Assembly (NCBI GenBank): GCA_964016885.1
Contig: OZ024751.1
Coordinates: 18,228,001 to 18,292,000, forward strand
Length of the DNA stretch: 64,000 nt
Direction: 5' to 3'
From: Eledone cirrhosa
Lineage: Eukaryota
Shown: positions 41,651 through 55,965 of the stretch, in pieces
Numbering within the stretch: the stretch's first letter is position 1
How the letters are laid out: every line of letters begins with the position of its first letter
Program-made: the position numbers and the translations under genes
Notes under the pieces: generated by a model
What the model was told of the DNA's origin: nothing
What the model saw: only the letters and a program-made list of their open reading frames with translations
The model's database searches: none

Positions 41651-41759
41651 TACTCTGATGTGTTGACAAGTGGTAAACAATGTATTGGAGATCGATTGAC
41701 GCAACCTCAAGCGATTAGCGAACTCTAGACACACCTGATCAACGAAACAATTGTCAGTA
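41651..41759 (+). ncRNA. Hammerhead motif with ~80-nt stem II (core A9 mutated)
   Basis: tact-CTGATGT-gttga..tcaac-GAAA-caattg-TC/agta, then AATAAA at 41765 and (TA)n at ~41815. Confidence 0.55.
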
Positions 41760-41810
41760 CTTTTAATAAAGCCTTTTATTGTAGAGCCAACAATGTTACT
41801 CTTCTTTCTT

Positions 41811-41864
<54 letters not shown>

Positions 41865-41865
<1 letters not shown>

Positions 41866-42032
41866 CGAAGGAGCTGTGGTAAGGAACCAGATGGACCATA
41901 ACGCACCAGAGTACTCAATACTTAGGGTAGTAGAGTGGGTAATAGGAAAATGTTTAACCCCGACGGCAGAGGTAGAAATAGCCATTCAGAAATAGTCGTC
42001 GAAACGGATTGAGCCCTGCTGTCGAGGTTAAA
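41865..42032 (-). mobile_element. Family A element with inversion
   Basis: Minus-strand tail plus inverted CAGAAATAGTCGTCGAAACGG arm. Confidence 0.7.
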
Positions 42033-42246
42033 CTTAAGTACGTCTTCCTGCTATGTACGGGTATGTTTTTCGAGAGAGAGAGAGATGGAGAGAGAGAGAT
42101 ATATATTCATGTGTGTTTAAAATAACCTAGTATATAATACATTCAATCATTAAATGTATATGCCCTCAATACTTGGATAGATGAAGCAATTAAGCTGAAT
42201 GTTCGAAGTCCCTGCTACTTTTCTACTAGGACAGGTATTTATATAG

Positions 42247-42324
<78 letters not shown>

Positions 42325-42519
42325 TTATGTGTCTTCTGGATTGCAAGCCAGTGATCATATGTTTGTGTGTGTGTTTTACACATATGAACTCTATTTTGTA
42401 AGCGTAAAATATATAAGGCTAACATTATACAATCGTTAATCTACATTGCAATACCAATATATTATATATAGAGCATTACATAAATATATACCACAATTCG
42501 CAAATCAATGGGTTAGCCA

Positions 42520-42710
42520 CTATGTGGGGGAATCTACCTACTAGAAATAGCAGACCATCTTATTCAAATCAGTATATACTGCTTTAATTGTGGTAAACAT
42601 AAGTGGAAACATCTAGTCTTCTATAGCTATAATTATATGGGTGGTCACGGCTGGAATAACTTTGATCATAGGCCTGCTTGATCAAGATTGAACTGGGATT
42701 AAATAACAGT
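42520..42710. mobile_element. Interspersed repeat family 3 (SINE-like); related sequence at 45590-45630 and 62160-62390
   Basis: CTAGAAATAGCAG...GGTCACGGCTGGAAT..TTTGATCATAGG..TGCTTGATCA, with an inverted homolog at 62160-62390. Confidence 0.55.
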
Positions 42711-42987
42711 TGTAACATTAACAACAGATCTGTATATACAGAGTCGTATATATGCATGTAACGCCTTCATTTTATCTGGTGTGTGTATGAAACTTTTGAA
42801 TCAAAGTGAGATGTATACGCTTTTGATACATGTACAAACACAATACATACAGACTTGCTGACATATACATAAGTGTAAAACAGTTAATGCATATACAACC
42901 TCCTTATATGTTTCTGTATGTGTGGGATATGTAAGTTTCAATGTGAGAGTGTATGTATATGTGTGTGTCTATAAATATGTGTGTTTG

Positions 42988-43032
<45 letters not shown>

Positions 43033-43065
43033 ACACACACACATACATGTGTATATAGATATGTA

Positions 43066-43121
<56 letters not shown>

Positions 43122-43143
43122 TACATGTGTATATAGATATGTA

Positions 43144-43186
<43 letters not shown>

Positions 43187-44737
43187 GCATACATGTGTAT
43201 ATAGATACGTATGTCGTATGTGTGTGTATATATATATATTTATATATATATATATGTGTGTGTGTATATATATATATGTGAATACATATATATATATATA
43301 TATATATGTATACATATGCACTCTCACACGTATGCACACGCACAAACACACATACAACACATACATGTACACACACAGAGAGCAATGAAATGCAAATGGC
43401 GTTGGCGATAAGAGAAGTATTTCATCTGTGACCCCTTAAAAACAGTTCTGGAGTTGTTACAAGATCTTTGCTGCAGAAGTCACATCATCCTTAACTTTGC
43501 CTTTTCACGAACATTGCACCATAAAAATCTTACAATGAGTGATTCTTTTGTTAACCTCAGTATTTCTCACTTTCCTGGGTCGCCCAATCACCTGTCAGTC
43601 ATTCACTTCTGGTGATATTCTTTTCGAAGCCATTCTACCGTAACTCCCACAAAGATTTGGCGGGAAATAAAGCGAAAGTGAAAGTAGAAAAGAAGGAAAA
43701 GTGAAAGAATGAAAGGTGGTGATAAAGAGAGGAATCGTGAGAGGGAAAAATATGTGTGTGAGCGTGTTTGCTGTAGAAAAGAAATACAAATGAATAGACG
43801 GATAATGTTAGTGTTATTGCTTGCATTTATTATTGTTGTTGTTATTGCTATTGTTCTTGTTATTTTTGTGTTCTTGCAGTAGAAGCACGTTGTAATGATT
43901 GACGTTTTCACTGCTATTGTTGTTGTTGTTGTTGTTGTTGCTACATTTGTTGATGTCGCTGTTGTTATTGCTGTTGTTGTTATTTCTACTGTTTTTGTTG
44001 TTGTTGTTGTTGTTATTGTTACTGTTGTTGTTGTTGTTATAGCTACTGTTGTTGTTGTTGTTATTGCTCCTGCTGTTGTTGTTATTGCTACTGTTGTTGT
44101 TGTAATTGCTATTGTTATTGTTACATTTGTTGTCGTTGTTATTACTATTGTTTTTTTGTTGTTGTTATTGCTACTGTTGTTGTTGTTATTGTTACTGTCG
44201 TTGTTATTGCTACTGTTGTTGTTGTTATTGTTACTGTCGTTGTTATTGCTACTGTTGTTGTTACTGCTACTGCTGTCGTTGTTGTTACTGCTACTGCTGT
44301 TGTTGTTATTGCTACTGTTGTTGTTGCTAGTGATAATGTCTGCTCTTGTTTTCCTTCATGGCCTTTTAGAAGTTGAGGAGTATGTCTTTGTTGTTCTTCT
44401 TCGTCTTGTTGTTGCTAATGTTGATGTTGTGGTTATTATTTTTCACTGGTCCTGTTGTTACTGTGGTCGTGGAGGAGGAGAGGGCGTTGAAAATGGTGGA
44501 GGTTTTGATGATGAAGGGCACGATAGAAGCAGCAAGCGTGGTTACGTTGTAGATCGTGGTAGAGGAGGCGTAGTAGTGGCGATGGTGTTAGTGGTTGTGG
44601 TGCGGATATTAGTGATGTTATAGATGATGATGATAGTAGTAGAGGTGATGATATAATGTGGTGGCTCCTGTAGATGTGCTGATGTTGGTAGTGGTGCTAG
44701 CGGTGGTAACGGCAATGGTGATGGGGTTTGTATTAAT

Positions 44738-45050
44738 TGCTTCTACGTTTGGCACAAGGCTAGCAATTACCCCAATATATTACTGGTAGTTTATGTTATC
44801 GACCCCCGTAAGGATGAAAGACAAAGTTAACCTCGGTGGGATTTGAATTCAGACCGTAAAGAGCCGTAACTAAATGCTACAAAGCATGGCGTCGACCCTC
44901 TACCGATACTGCCAATCTATCACCCTCAATAATAATTGTTTCTACTTTTGGCACAAGGCCAGCAATTATCCAGTGCATTACTGGTACTTTATTTTATCGA
45001 CCCCGAAAGGATGAAAGACAAAGTTAAACTCGGAGGGATTTGAACTCAGA
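44738..45050 (-). mobile_element. SINE family 1 (one full and one partial copy)
   Basis: Match to the family consensus. Confidence 0.85.
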
Positions 45051-45709
45051 GTGGTACCCTCAATAATAATGAGGAATAGGAACGATGTGTCAAAATATCA
45101 TCATTGAACTCAGATCATAAAAGGCCGCCGTGATCTGAGTTCAAATCCCGTAGATGTGGTGATGGTGCTAGTGGTGGTTGCGGCAATGGTGATAGAGTTA
45201 GTAATAATGTCTTCAATGATGGTAGAGTTGAGGGGAGGGGGTTGTGGTGGTGTCAGGGTACATTTGATGCGAAGAGGTATGGCAATGTTGAGTGATAATG
45301 TTGGTGCCAACAGACGTTGTAGTGTTGGTGGCAGTGTTGATGGTTTACTGTGGAGTGATTGTGGTGGTTGTAGTGGAGTGGAGTGTAGTGGAGTGATGTT
45401 GTTGTTGTTGTTTGTAGGGATGTGATGGTGTATAGTATAATGGTTGGTATGCTTGGGGTGGAGTGCATTTGAGTGTTCTTTTGTTATTGTTGATAATGGT
45501 TGTAATGTTAGTAGTGGCATTGTTAGTGGTGCCCACGTTGGTGGTGATGGTGGCCTTGTGGTTATGAAGGAGCTGCTATTGAGTGGCATTGTTTAGTCCC
45601 AGGTCACCTTGTATTGAGTACATATTTTTCTCTTGGAGGATAGAGTGAACTACGTTGTCTAAAACTCCTTATACCTGATATTAGCACTTTTGTTATTGAT
45701 CAACAAAAG

Positions 45710-45930
45710 GGTGGTGGATCAGCACTATCGGTTAAGAGACGAACAGCATGCTTTGTAGAATAGAATTACGGCCCTTTACGTCCTTCGTTCAAATGCCGCC
45801 GAGGTTAGCTTTGCCTTTCATTCTTGCGGGGTTGATAAAATAAAGCACCAGTAACGCATTGGGGTCGATTTAATCGACTTTCCCCTCCCCAAAAATTGCT
45901 GGCCTTGTACCTAAATCAGAAACCATTATT
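45710..45930 (+). mobile_element. SINE family 1
   Basis: Match to the family consensus. Confidence 0.8.
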
Positions 45931-46374
45931 GGTCAACAGTATATATACATACATACATACACACATACATACAAAATATATACATACACAGATACATACA
46001 TACAAAACACACATACATGCATACATACACACACACACAAACATGCATACATACACACATACATACATACAAAATATATACATACATGCATACATACATT
46101 CATACAAAATAGATACGTACACACATACAAAACACACATATACATGCATACATACATATATACAAAACACACATACATGCATACATACACACACACACAC
46201 ACAAACATGCATACATACATACAAACATGCATACATACATTCATACAAAATATATACGTACAAAACACACACATACATGCATACATACAAAACACACACA
46301 TGCATACATAAAGAGACACACACACATACAATCATACATACATACAAACATACATACATACATACATACATACA

Positions 46375-46845
46375 TACTGGTGGAACCTGAAAATAAAAAC
46401 TGCCACCAGATTAAAGCACAACCGGCCTGATATTGTAGTTTGGGACCACACATTGAAAACGTGTTCTGTTGTGGAGATCAGCTGCCCACTTGGTGTAAAC
46501 GTTGTCAGAAAAATACAGGAGAAGGAGGACATCTACGGACCATTGATGAGGAGTTTACAAATCCAGTATCCAAGATACACCTTTAGCTTCATACCCATCA
46601 TTATTGGTGCTACGGGTTATATACCAACCCGCTTGGACCAAAGTATGACTGAACTTGGATTTGCGGACAAAAAGCGCAGCTCCCTAATTCATAGTCTACA
46701 AATGGCTGCGATAGCTGGCACCTTCAAAATTTGCAAAACATTCTTGCGATTCAAGGGATGACAATTTCTTTTCTTTTACAACCTTGCCACCAGGAAGGTG
46801 GCCGGTCAAAAAAATATACTCAAAATTAAGAGAAAGAGAAAACAA
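46375..46845 (+). mobile_element. R4-clade retrotransposon 3' end (RLE domain) in (TACA)n
   Basis: Open frame YWWNLKIKTATRLKHNRPDIVVWDHTLKTCSVVEISCP...KEDIYGPL...IPIIIGATG...KTFLRFKG* (46375-46761). Confidence 0.88.
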
Positions 46846-47662
46846 AATATATACGTACAAAACACACACAAACATGCATATATACATACAATATATATAT
46901 ACATACATGCATACATGAATACATACATACACACACACAAACATGCATACATACATACATACATACAAATATATACATACATGCACACATGAATACATAC
47001 ACACACACACATACATACATACATTCATACAAAATATATACATACATGCATACAAGCATACATACACACACACAACCATGCATACATACATTCATACAAA
47101 ATATATACATACATGCATACATGCATACACACACACAAAGATGCATACATACATACATACAAAATATATACATACATGCATACATACATACATACACACA
47201 CACAACCATGCATACATACATTCATACAAAATATATACATACATGCATACATGCATACACACACACAAAGATGCATACATGCATACATACATACACACAC
47301 ACACACAAACATGCATACATACATACATACAAAATAGGTACGTGAGAGATTGACCACTGTAGTTTTAACAATAAGCCAATATCTTTGGACAGTGCTGTGT
47401 CACATGGCATGTCACACTATGCCGGAACACGCAGAGAGAATTTAAACACACCACTCTGGAATTGTGGGAAGGTTTTTCCTTTTTTTTATTTCATTATTGT
47501 TACTGTTGTTGATATTTTTGTTTTGGATTATATTTTTTTTTTTCTCTTTTTATTTCACATCCATTACCGATTGATTCGCTATCCGTAACTAGCAGAGCCC
47601 AAAAGAGATATATGCATATTCATGCGTAGAAACACGCACACGCACACACACACACACGTACG

Positions 47663-47706
<44 letters not shown>

Positions 47707-47883
47707 TGTCTATCTATCTATCTATCTATTTATATATATATATAAAGAGAGAGCGAGAGAGGTAGATGCTTAGATAGTTACATAGATAGATAGATAGATA
47801 ATGTTTCTTTATTAGCCACAGGGGGACAATAGTTAGATAGATAGATAGATAGACGTGTGTGTGTATGTATGTATGAGTATGTG

Positions 47884-47944
<61 letters not shown>

Positions 47945-47959
47945 TAGAGTAAGAATATG

Positions 47960-47991
<32 letters not shown>

Positions 47992-48307
47992 CACGTGTAT
48001 GGTGTAGGAGGAAGAGTGGAAAGCAAAGTAAGAGAGGCGAAATAACATGCAAATTCAGGCCCGTGTAAACCTAGGGATATTTTACACTGAAAAACATATA
48101 CACCACATCATATAACCACACAGACGTACATACACAACCACGCCAACAACAACAACAACAATACCACCAATGACGCTAAAGTCGGTCACGCCTACTGACG
48201 AAACCTTTTGCAAAAACTTTTACCCACAGATCCATAAATGTTTGTACTTACACACGCTAGATTTTACAAAAATACTCATTTACACAAAGACAGTCACACA
48301 AGCACGC

Positions 48308-48490
48308 AGAATTGGCAGTATCGGTAGAGGGTCGGACGCCATACTTTCTAGCATAGTTACGTCCCTTTACGATCTGAGTTCAAATCCTGTCCAGGTTAAC
48401 TTTGCCTTTCGTCCTTACGAGGTCGATAAAATAAAGTACCAGTAACGTACTGGGGTAATTGCTGGCCTTGTGCCAAAAGTTGAAACAATT
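48308..48490 (+). mobile_element. SINE family 1
   Basis: Match to the family consensus. Confidence 0.85.
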
Positions 48491-48709
48491 ATGTATATAT
48501 ATAAACATACATATATCTATACACAGACATATATGTAAGTATATATATATATGTATATATATATACACACACACACACATACACACATATCTATATACAG
48601 ACATATATGTAAGTATATATATATATATATATATACACACACATACACACACACACATATATATATACACATACATATATCTATATACAGACATATATGT
48701 AAGTATGAG

Positions 48710-48923
48710 GAACGATCGACTTTCGTCAAATCGGACCGAAGGAACAGTGTTTCCGTTGGTCTTTCCAATTGCTAATACTATCTATCGGTCGCAACTCCAG
48801 GTAGAAGGAGCAACGTGAAATAAAGTGTCTTGCTCAAGGACATAACGCATCGCCTGGTCCAGGAATCCAACTCACAACCTTACGATTGCGAATCCAATTC
48901 TCTAACCACTCCGCCACACGCCT
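48710..48923 (-). mobile_element. SINE family 2 (CORE-like)
   Basis: Near-identical to 25455-25673. Confidence 0.85.
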
Positions 48924-49001
48924 TTATATATATATATATATGTATGTGTATGCAAATGTATGGAAGGGATGTGTGTGAGTGAGACACAGAGACATATGTA
49001 A

Positions 49002-49052
<51 letters not shown>

Positions 49053-49085
49053 TACACACATATCTATATACAGACATATATGTAA

Positions 49086-49120
<35 letters not shown>

Positions 49121-49276
49121 CACACATACACACACATATATATATATATATACACATATTTCTATATATCTATATACACACATACACACACACACACATA
49201 TATATACAGACATATATATATACATACACACACACTGACAGTTGAAAATTGCAAACTTGACTGTCACCACAGAATA

Positions 49277-49315
49277 TGAACCTGAAGATGGCGAAAGCAT
49301 GAAAGTACTTGTTCA
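49277..49315 (+). ncRNA. Minimal type I hammerhead ribozyme, family G
   Basis: tgaac-CTGAAGA-tggc-gaaa-gcat-GAAA-gtac-TT/gttca. 5-bp stem I, GNRA-capped stem II, palindromic stem III AGTACT. Confidence 0.8.
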
Positions 49316-49637
49316 ATTAACCCTTAACATTTAATATTCTACCATACTATTTCATTCTAATACCATTATAATTTTAAAGGATTGTAAATAAAACGAGTAA
49401 ATCAGACAAAGTTGGAATTACTTTTATTAATATAATCTTTTATACACAATCATATACACCCGTGTATATTTATATATATATATATATATATATATGCAGA
49501 TGATATATTTAATTTGTTGGGATTCAACAAGCTTAAAAATGTTTATAACTGATATAAAGCACTCAACAGTATAGTGGAGTAAATATTCAATATATTAATA
49601 AATTAATAATGGAAACTATATTTATAAAACCATAATT

Positions 49638-49702
49638 ACGTTATTATATATATTTCAAGGGCAACCAAGGCAAATTATGGTGCGCTTTCATCAGATAAAA
49701 TA
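49638..49702 (-). ncRNA. Type I hammerhead, family C (element ~49500-49735)
   Basis: tattttat-CTGATGA-aagcgcacca..tggttgccctt-GAAA-tatata-TA/ataa. Confidence 0.7.
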
Positions 49703-50607
49703 CAGATTTGTTTTATAAATAAATATTGACATACCCGGAAATATATATATATAGAGAGAGAGAGAGAGAGGGAGAGGGAGAGAGATGTCATTCACTCAGA
49801 ACGTTTCCATCGAGTATCTGTGAAAATGTTCTGTTCTGTTGACACACCTATAATAAGTGTGTGTATTCTTCTTTCCTTCTTTCTTGTATATTTGGACATT
49901 ATTCCAAGTATTCAACTCAGATATTAAAGTGCCGTAAGTCTATGCTGCAAAGCATGGCATCGACCCTCTGCCAAACACCGCCCTAATATAAATATATGTC
50001 TAAATATCTATATATATCCCTATGAATTTAATATATACTCCCGTACGGTAGAGTAAAATTTTAGGCAGTATCTGGCTGCGCTTTCTAGCAGACAGACTAC
50101 CTGCCGCCTGGCCACCATTCACAATCTTCTACTTTGACCACTAGCCACGTGATGATTCTAAGCCCTTTTGAATTCATTTCTGGCGGTGATAACTGTAGAA
50201 ATTTTAGTCTAAACCTGAGGGCTCTCTTGATAAGCTCGAAGCCTAATGGATAATACAAGGATCGGATATATCCACAAAGTGCGAGCAAAACTGTCGATAG
50301 TCGGGACTAGAGGGATTTTGGTAGCGCTTGTATGCATTTTTTCCTTCTAACTTATATTTTAGACTTAGCTCCGTTTAATTGATGATTTGTCTAGTTAATT
50401 TCTATGGACTAAGAGGAAAGACTAGATAAATTTTATCTGACTGTTCCTCGCGGAAAATAGTCTCTATCATTTGTCTATTATTTCTTCATAGTTACATTTA
50501 AAACTTATAGCCTCGTTTAAATGATTATTTATCTGGTTGATTTCTACGGACTAGGGTGAAGAAAGATTGGAAATATTTAATCTAATAATTCTTCAAACTT
50601 GCAATTA

Positions 50608-50652
<45 letters not shown>

Positions 50653-50655
<3 letters not shown>

Positions 50656-50859
50656 AACGAGTAGGACCCAGACGGTTGAGCTCAAGCCGTTTCGACGGCT
50701 AATTCTGGACTAAACATTTTTTAGTCCAGAATTAGCCGTCGAAACGGCTTGAGCTCAGCCGTCGGGGACCTACTCGTTCCTATTACCCACTCTACTACCC
50801 TAAGTATTGAGTATTTTGGTGCGTTATGGTCCACCTGGTTCCTTACCACATTTCCTTCG

Positions 50860-50860
<1 letters not shown>
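50653..50860 (+). mobile_element. Family A fold-back element
   Basis: Arms meet at CTGGACTAAA-cattt-TTTAGTCCAG (~50715). Flanked by (TA)n. Confidence 0.78.
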
Positions 50861-50902
<42 letters not shown>

Positions 50903-51188
50903 TAAAGTGGTCCTTCATCAGTGATCTTCTAACCATCATCGGTATTTCTTCGCTTTAAAGACCATATACCTCCGGTTGGTGCGAGCAACTGCTAAAGAAA
51001 GTCGTTGGGACATGTAAATGAAGGGAACCGCGAGAGTGTAAACAAACAAAGATGGTGAAGCAACGAAAAGTGAGGAAGAGCGAGTCAAGTCCAAAAATTT
51101 ACATGAATATAAGTTCGGTGAAATCGTGAACGAGAGAGAATAAAGACCATCAAACCTGGTTGAAATGTGAGCAAGGAACGAATTTCGC

Positions 51189-51222
<34 letters not shown>

Positions 51223-53610
51223 ATAGAGAGAGAGAGATGCACTTTCAAACATATTGGTACTCAAGTGTGCTTAATATAGACACGCAGACACAAAGAAATG
51301 CATTCTTTATATTTCATTCTCTTTCACTCTCGTCATTTTCTCAATCTTTCTTTCTCACGTTCAAATTCTCACTCTCTCGTTCTCTCTTCACTAACTCTCA
51401 GTATTACTCTTTCACTCACTTCCTCTCTATTCTACCTCACTCTCTCCCTCTTTGCACTCTACCCACTCCTTTGTTAGACTTGACAAGACGTCACATGATC
51501 CGCCATTACAAGGTCACGACGGACGAATGCAAAGACTGTCCCGGAAGTAAAACAGCATTTATATACACTTTATATTCGACAAGCTGACAGATATATGGGA
51601 CGTAAGGTGTGACAAGGGTGCAGTTCCTATAAGTGTGTGTGTATGTGTGTATGTACGTGTATGTGTGTATCTGGATGTACGTGTATGTGTGTGCATGTGC
51701 GTGTATGTATGTGTGTATGTGTATATGTGTATATGTGTGTATGTACATGTATGTGCGTGTGTGTGTGTTTGTGTGTGTGTGTTTGTGTTTGCGTGCGTAA
51801 GTTAATGTGTGTGTCTGATGAGGGTTTGTGTTCGTCAGTAAGTACGTGAATGTGTGTGTATATGTGTATATGTGTGTATGTACATGTATGTGTGTATGTG
51901 CGTGTGTGTGTGTCTGATGAGGGTTTGTGTTCGTCAGTAAGTACGTGAATGTGTGTGTGTCTGTGCGTATGTGTGTGTGTGTGCATCTGTGTATGTGTGT
52001 GTGTGTATGTGTGTATGTATGTGTGTGTGTGTGCATGTGTGAATGTATGGGAAGATCTCTGTTGCCTAGGTTAATGTGTGTCTGATCTGATGAGGGTTTG
52101 TGTGTGTTTTTGTGCACGAACGATGCATATGTATATAAACACACACACACATGCACACAAACACACACACACATGCACACACACACACACATGCATACAC
52201 ACACACATGCACACAAACACACACACACACATGCACACAACCGCCCCCCACACACACACGCACATGCACACACATTTACACATAGTGTTGTGTGATTGTG
52301 AGCACACACATACACACACACACACACACGCACGCACACACACACACACTTATGCATACGCACACTCACACATACACACACACATGCACACATAAAGTGT
52401 GTGATTGTGAGTAAGCAACGCGTGTCTGAATTCTTGCCACACATTGCGTGTGTTTCTGCGTTTGTCTATATATGTATGTGTGTATATATCATTGTATGTA
52501 CGTGTATGTATGCACTGCATGTATATGACTCTATATGTGCACGCGTATGTGTGTATGTGTATGTATGTGTGTGTATCTGTGTGTATGTGTATGTATGTGT
52601 GTGCATGTATGTGTGGGTATGTGTGTGTATGTATGTGTATGGGTGTGTATGTATGTATATGTGTGTGTATACATGTGTGTGTATACATGTGTGTGTATAT
52701 ATGTATGTGTGTGTGTGTGTATGTATGTGCGTGTGTATATATGTATGTGTGTGTATGTATGTGTGTGCGTATGTATGTGTATGTGTGTGTGTTTGTATGT
52801 GCATGTGTGTGTGTGTGTGTGTGCGTATATGTGTGTTTATGTGTGTGTAGGTGTCTGTATGTATATGTGTGTGTACATGCGTGTGTATGGTGTATGTGTG
52901 TGTGTGTGAAATATCACCGTTGCAAAGCGCTAATCCAATTAACAAATTATATCTGCCACGCAGACAAGAGAGAGAGAGTGGGAGGGGTAGAGAAGAGGAA
53001 GGAGAGAAAGACAGGTAGAGAAGGTAGAGAAGAGGAGGGAAAGGGAGACAGGGATAGGGGGTAGAGAAGAGGAGGGAGACAGGGAGACGGAGAGAGGAGG
53101 TAGAGAAGAGAAGCGAAAGGGAAACAGAGAGAGGAGGTTTAGAAGAGAAGCGAAGGGGAGACACAGAGAGGCGGTTTAGAAGGGGAGGGAAAGCGAGACA
53201 GTGAGAGGGAGGTAGAGAAGAGGAGGGAAAGGGAGACAGGGAGAGGGGGAGAGAGAGCTGCCCAGTCTTTAAGTGATTTGGTCTCATCATAACCATCTTC
53301 ATCTTAGTCGTCGTCGACTTCGTCATCAAGAAGATAATCATGGTGATGATGATGACGATCATCATCAGCATCATCATGAACATCACCTTCAACATCATCA
53401 TCATCATCATTAACCATATTATCATCATGATTATCATTAGAGCCTGTGTCTCTACCATCGTCATCAAAGTGGTTGTCATCATCAGCATCATCATCATAAC
53501 CATCATCATCATAACCATCATCATCATGACAATCATCATCGTCATCATCGCCATGAGCCATATTACTTCATCATCACCATCATCGTAATCATAGTCTTTG
53601 TCTTTACCAA

Positions 53611-53651
<41 letters not shown>

Positions 53652-54309
53652 GCTCCATGACCATCACCACTAACATTGTTGCCACCACCGTCACCACCGC
53701 CACCACCACCTCACTGCCACCACCACCGTCCCTATCACCAATACCCAATAACACCATCAGCAACACCACCACCATCCAACCACACCACCACCATCCAACC
53801 ACACCACCACCATCCAACCACACCACCACCATCCAGCAACACCACCACCATCCAGCAACACCACCACCATCCAACCACACCACCACTATCAGCACCACCA
53901 TGAGCAACACCACCACCATCAGCAACACCGCCACCATCCAACCACACCACCACCACCATCCAACCACACCACCACCATCCAACCACACCACCACCATCCA
54001 GCAACACCACCACCATCCAACCACACCACCACCATCAGCAACACCACCACCATCCAACCACACCACCACCATCAGCAACACCACCACCATCAGCAACACC
54101 AATCTGAAACCCTACTTTTGATCATATACCCCAACTCAATCAGGAAATCTTTAAGCTAAAACCATCAACAGTTGTGGTTATTGTTGTAGTTGGACTTCCG
54201 TCTGTTGCGACAAAGAGTGTTCCAGATGTTCAGACAGCTCACGAAATTAACCTGCTAGTGGCTAACCATTTCACAGATATATGTGATCACCATCATTACC
54301 ATTATCATG

Positions 54310-55210
54310 AATTTGAACCGAAGACCCTAACCACTGCACCAAATTACCTTCACCCTAACCACAAACACCCTCAACCAAATACTCTAACCACTGAGCCACG
54401 ACATCAACAGTATCACAATCAGGACAATCACCATTAATATAATAATCACGAATGTGAACCGAAGACCCTAACCACTGTGCCAATTACCCTCACCCTAACC
54501 AATAACACCGTTACCCGAACACTCTAAGCCCTGTGCTACGTGCCCTCACCCTACCCTTATGACATCAACGTTATCACAACCAAGTGAAGTGAAGACCTTA
54601 ACCACTGCGTCACTAAACCTCACCCTAACCATTAGCACCCCCACCCGAACACCCTAACCACTGTACTACGTTCTCCCACCCTCCCCTCACCACATCAACA
54701 CTATCACAACCAGGTGAACTGAAGACCCTAACAACTGAGCCACTTACCCTCACCCTCACCCTCACCCAAACACCCTAATCACTGTACTACGTTCTCCCAC
54801 CCTCCCCTCACCACATCAACACTATCACAACCAGGTGAACTGAAAACCCTAACAACTGAGCCACTTACCCTCACCCTCTCCCAAACACCCTAACCACTGT
54901 ACTACGTTCTCCCACCCTCCCCTCACCACATCAACACTATCAGAGCCAGGTGAACTGAAGACCCTATCAACTGTGCCACTTACCCTCACCATTAACACCC
55001 TAACCACTGTACTACGTGCCCCCAACCTTCCCGTCACCACATCAACACTATCACAACCAGGTGATCTGAAAACCCTATCAACTGAGCCACTTACCCTCAC
55101 CCGAACACCCTAACCACCGTACTACGTTCCCTCATCCTCACCCCCATCCTCACCCTCCCCTCACCCTCCCCTCACCCTCCCCTCACCACATCAACACTAT
55201 CACAACCAGG
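54310..55210 (-). repeat. ~115-130-bp tandem repeat (~7 units) built from tRNA-SINE head fragments
   Basis: Minus-strand units contain GTGGCTCAGT(G/T)GTTAGGGTCTTC(A/G)GTTCAC..GGTTGTGA and a second GTAGTACAGTGGTTAGGGTG. Confidence 0.75.
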
Positions 55211-55341
55211 ACCATCCATCATTGCAATCAGTTCTTAAAAGATTCCCAACCATCGTCTCAGTTAATTACTTCATTCATCCATTAACACCATCCATCATTG
55301 TAAAGAATCATCATCATTCACGTGAACACCAGCACCACCAC

Positions 55342-55386
<45 letters not shown>

Positions 55387-55711
55387 TATCAACATTATGA
55401 CCATCATCATCATCATCATTATCAACATCGATATCATGGCCCTCATCATTGTCATCGTTTTCATCATCATCATTTTTATCATAATCGTTGTTAATATCAT
55501 CGCCGTAGTCATCGTCAGCCTTATCATCCATCATTATGATGGTTGCCTTTCATCCTTACGGGGATCGATAAAATAAAGTACCAGTAATACACTGGGATAA
55601 TTGCTGGCCTTGTGCCAAAAGTAGAAACAATTATCATGGTGATATCGATGATTATCATCATCGATATCATTCTTATCGTTATCACCACAGAATAATCACC
55701 TTCATCATCGC

Positions 55712-55890
55712 CTATCGGTAGAGGGTGGTCGGACGCCATGCTTTGACGCATAGAGTTACGGCCCTTTATAGTCTGAATTCAAATCCCGTCGAGGTTCACT
55801 TCGCCTTTCATCCTTACAGGGTCGATAAATTAAAGTACCAGTAATGTACTGGGATAATTACTGGCCTTGTGCCAAAAGTAGAAACAATTA
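55712..55890 (+). mobile_element. SINE family 1 (another 3' half lies at 55543-55632)
   Basis: Match to the family consensus. Confidence 0.85.
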
Positions 55891-55965
55891 TTAGTGTTAC
55901 CAACACCATCCTTAACATCACCGCTGTCACCTTCATCATTATATATATATATATATATATATGTA

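Noticed and set aside
51810-52120. Repeated CTGATGAGGGTTTGTG motifs
   Set aside because: No downstream GAAA or stem III; local duplications within (GT)n.
54310-55210. Interstitial telomeric repeat (CCCTAA)
   Set aside because: The hexamers are isolated parts of SINE-head-derived units, not tandem TTAGGG.
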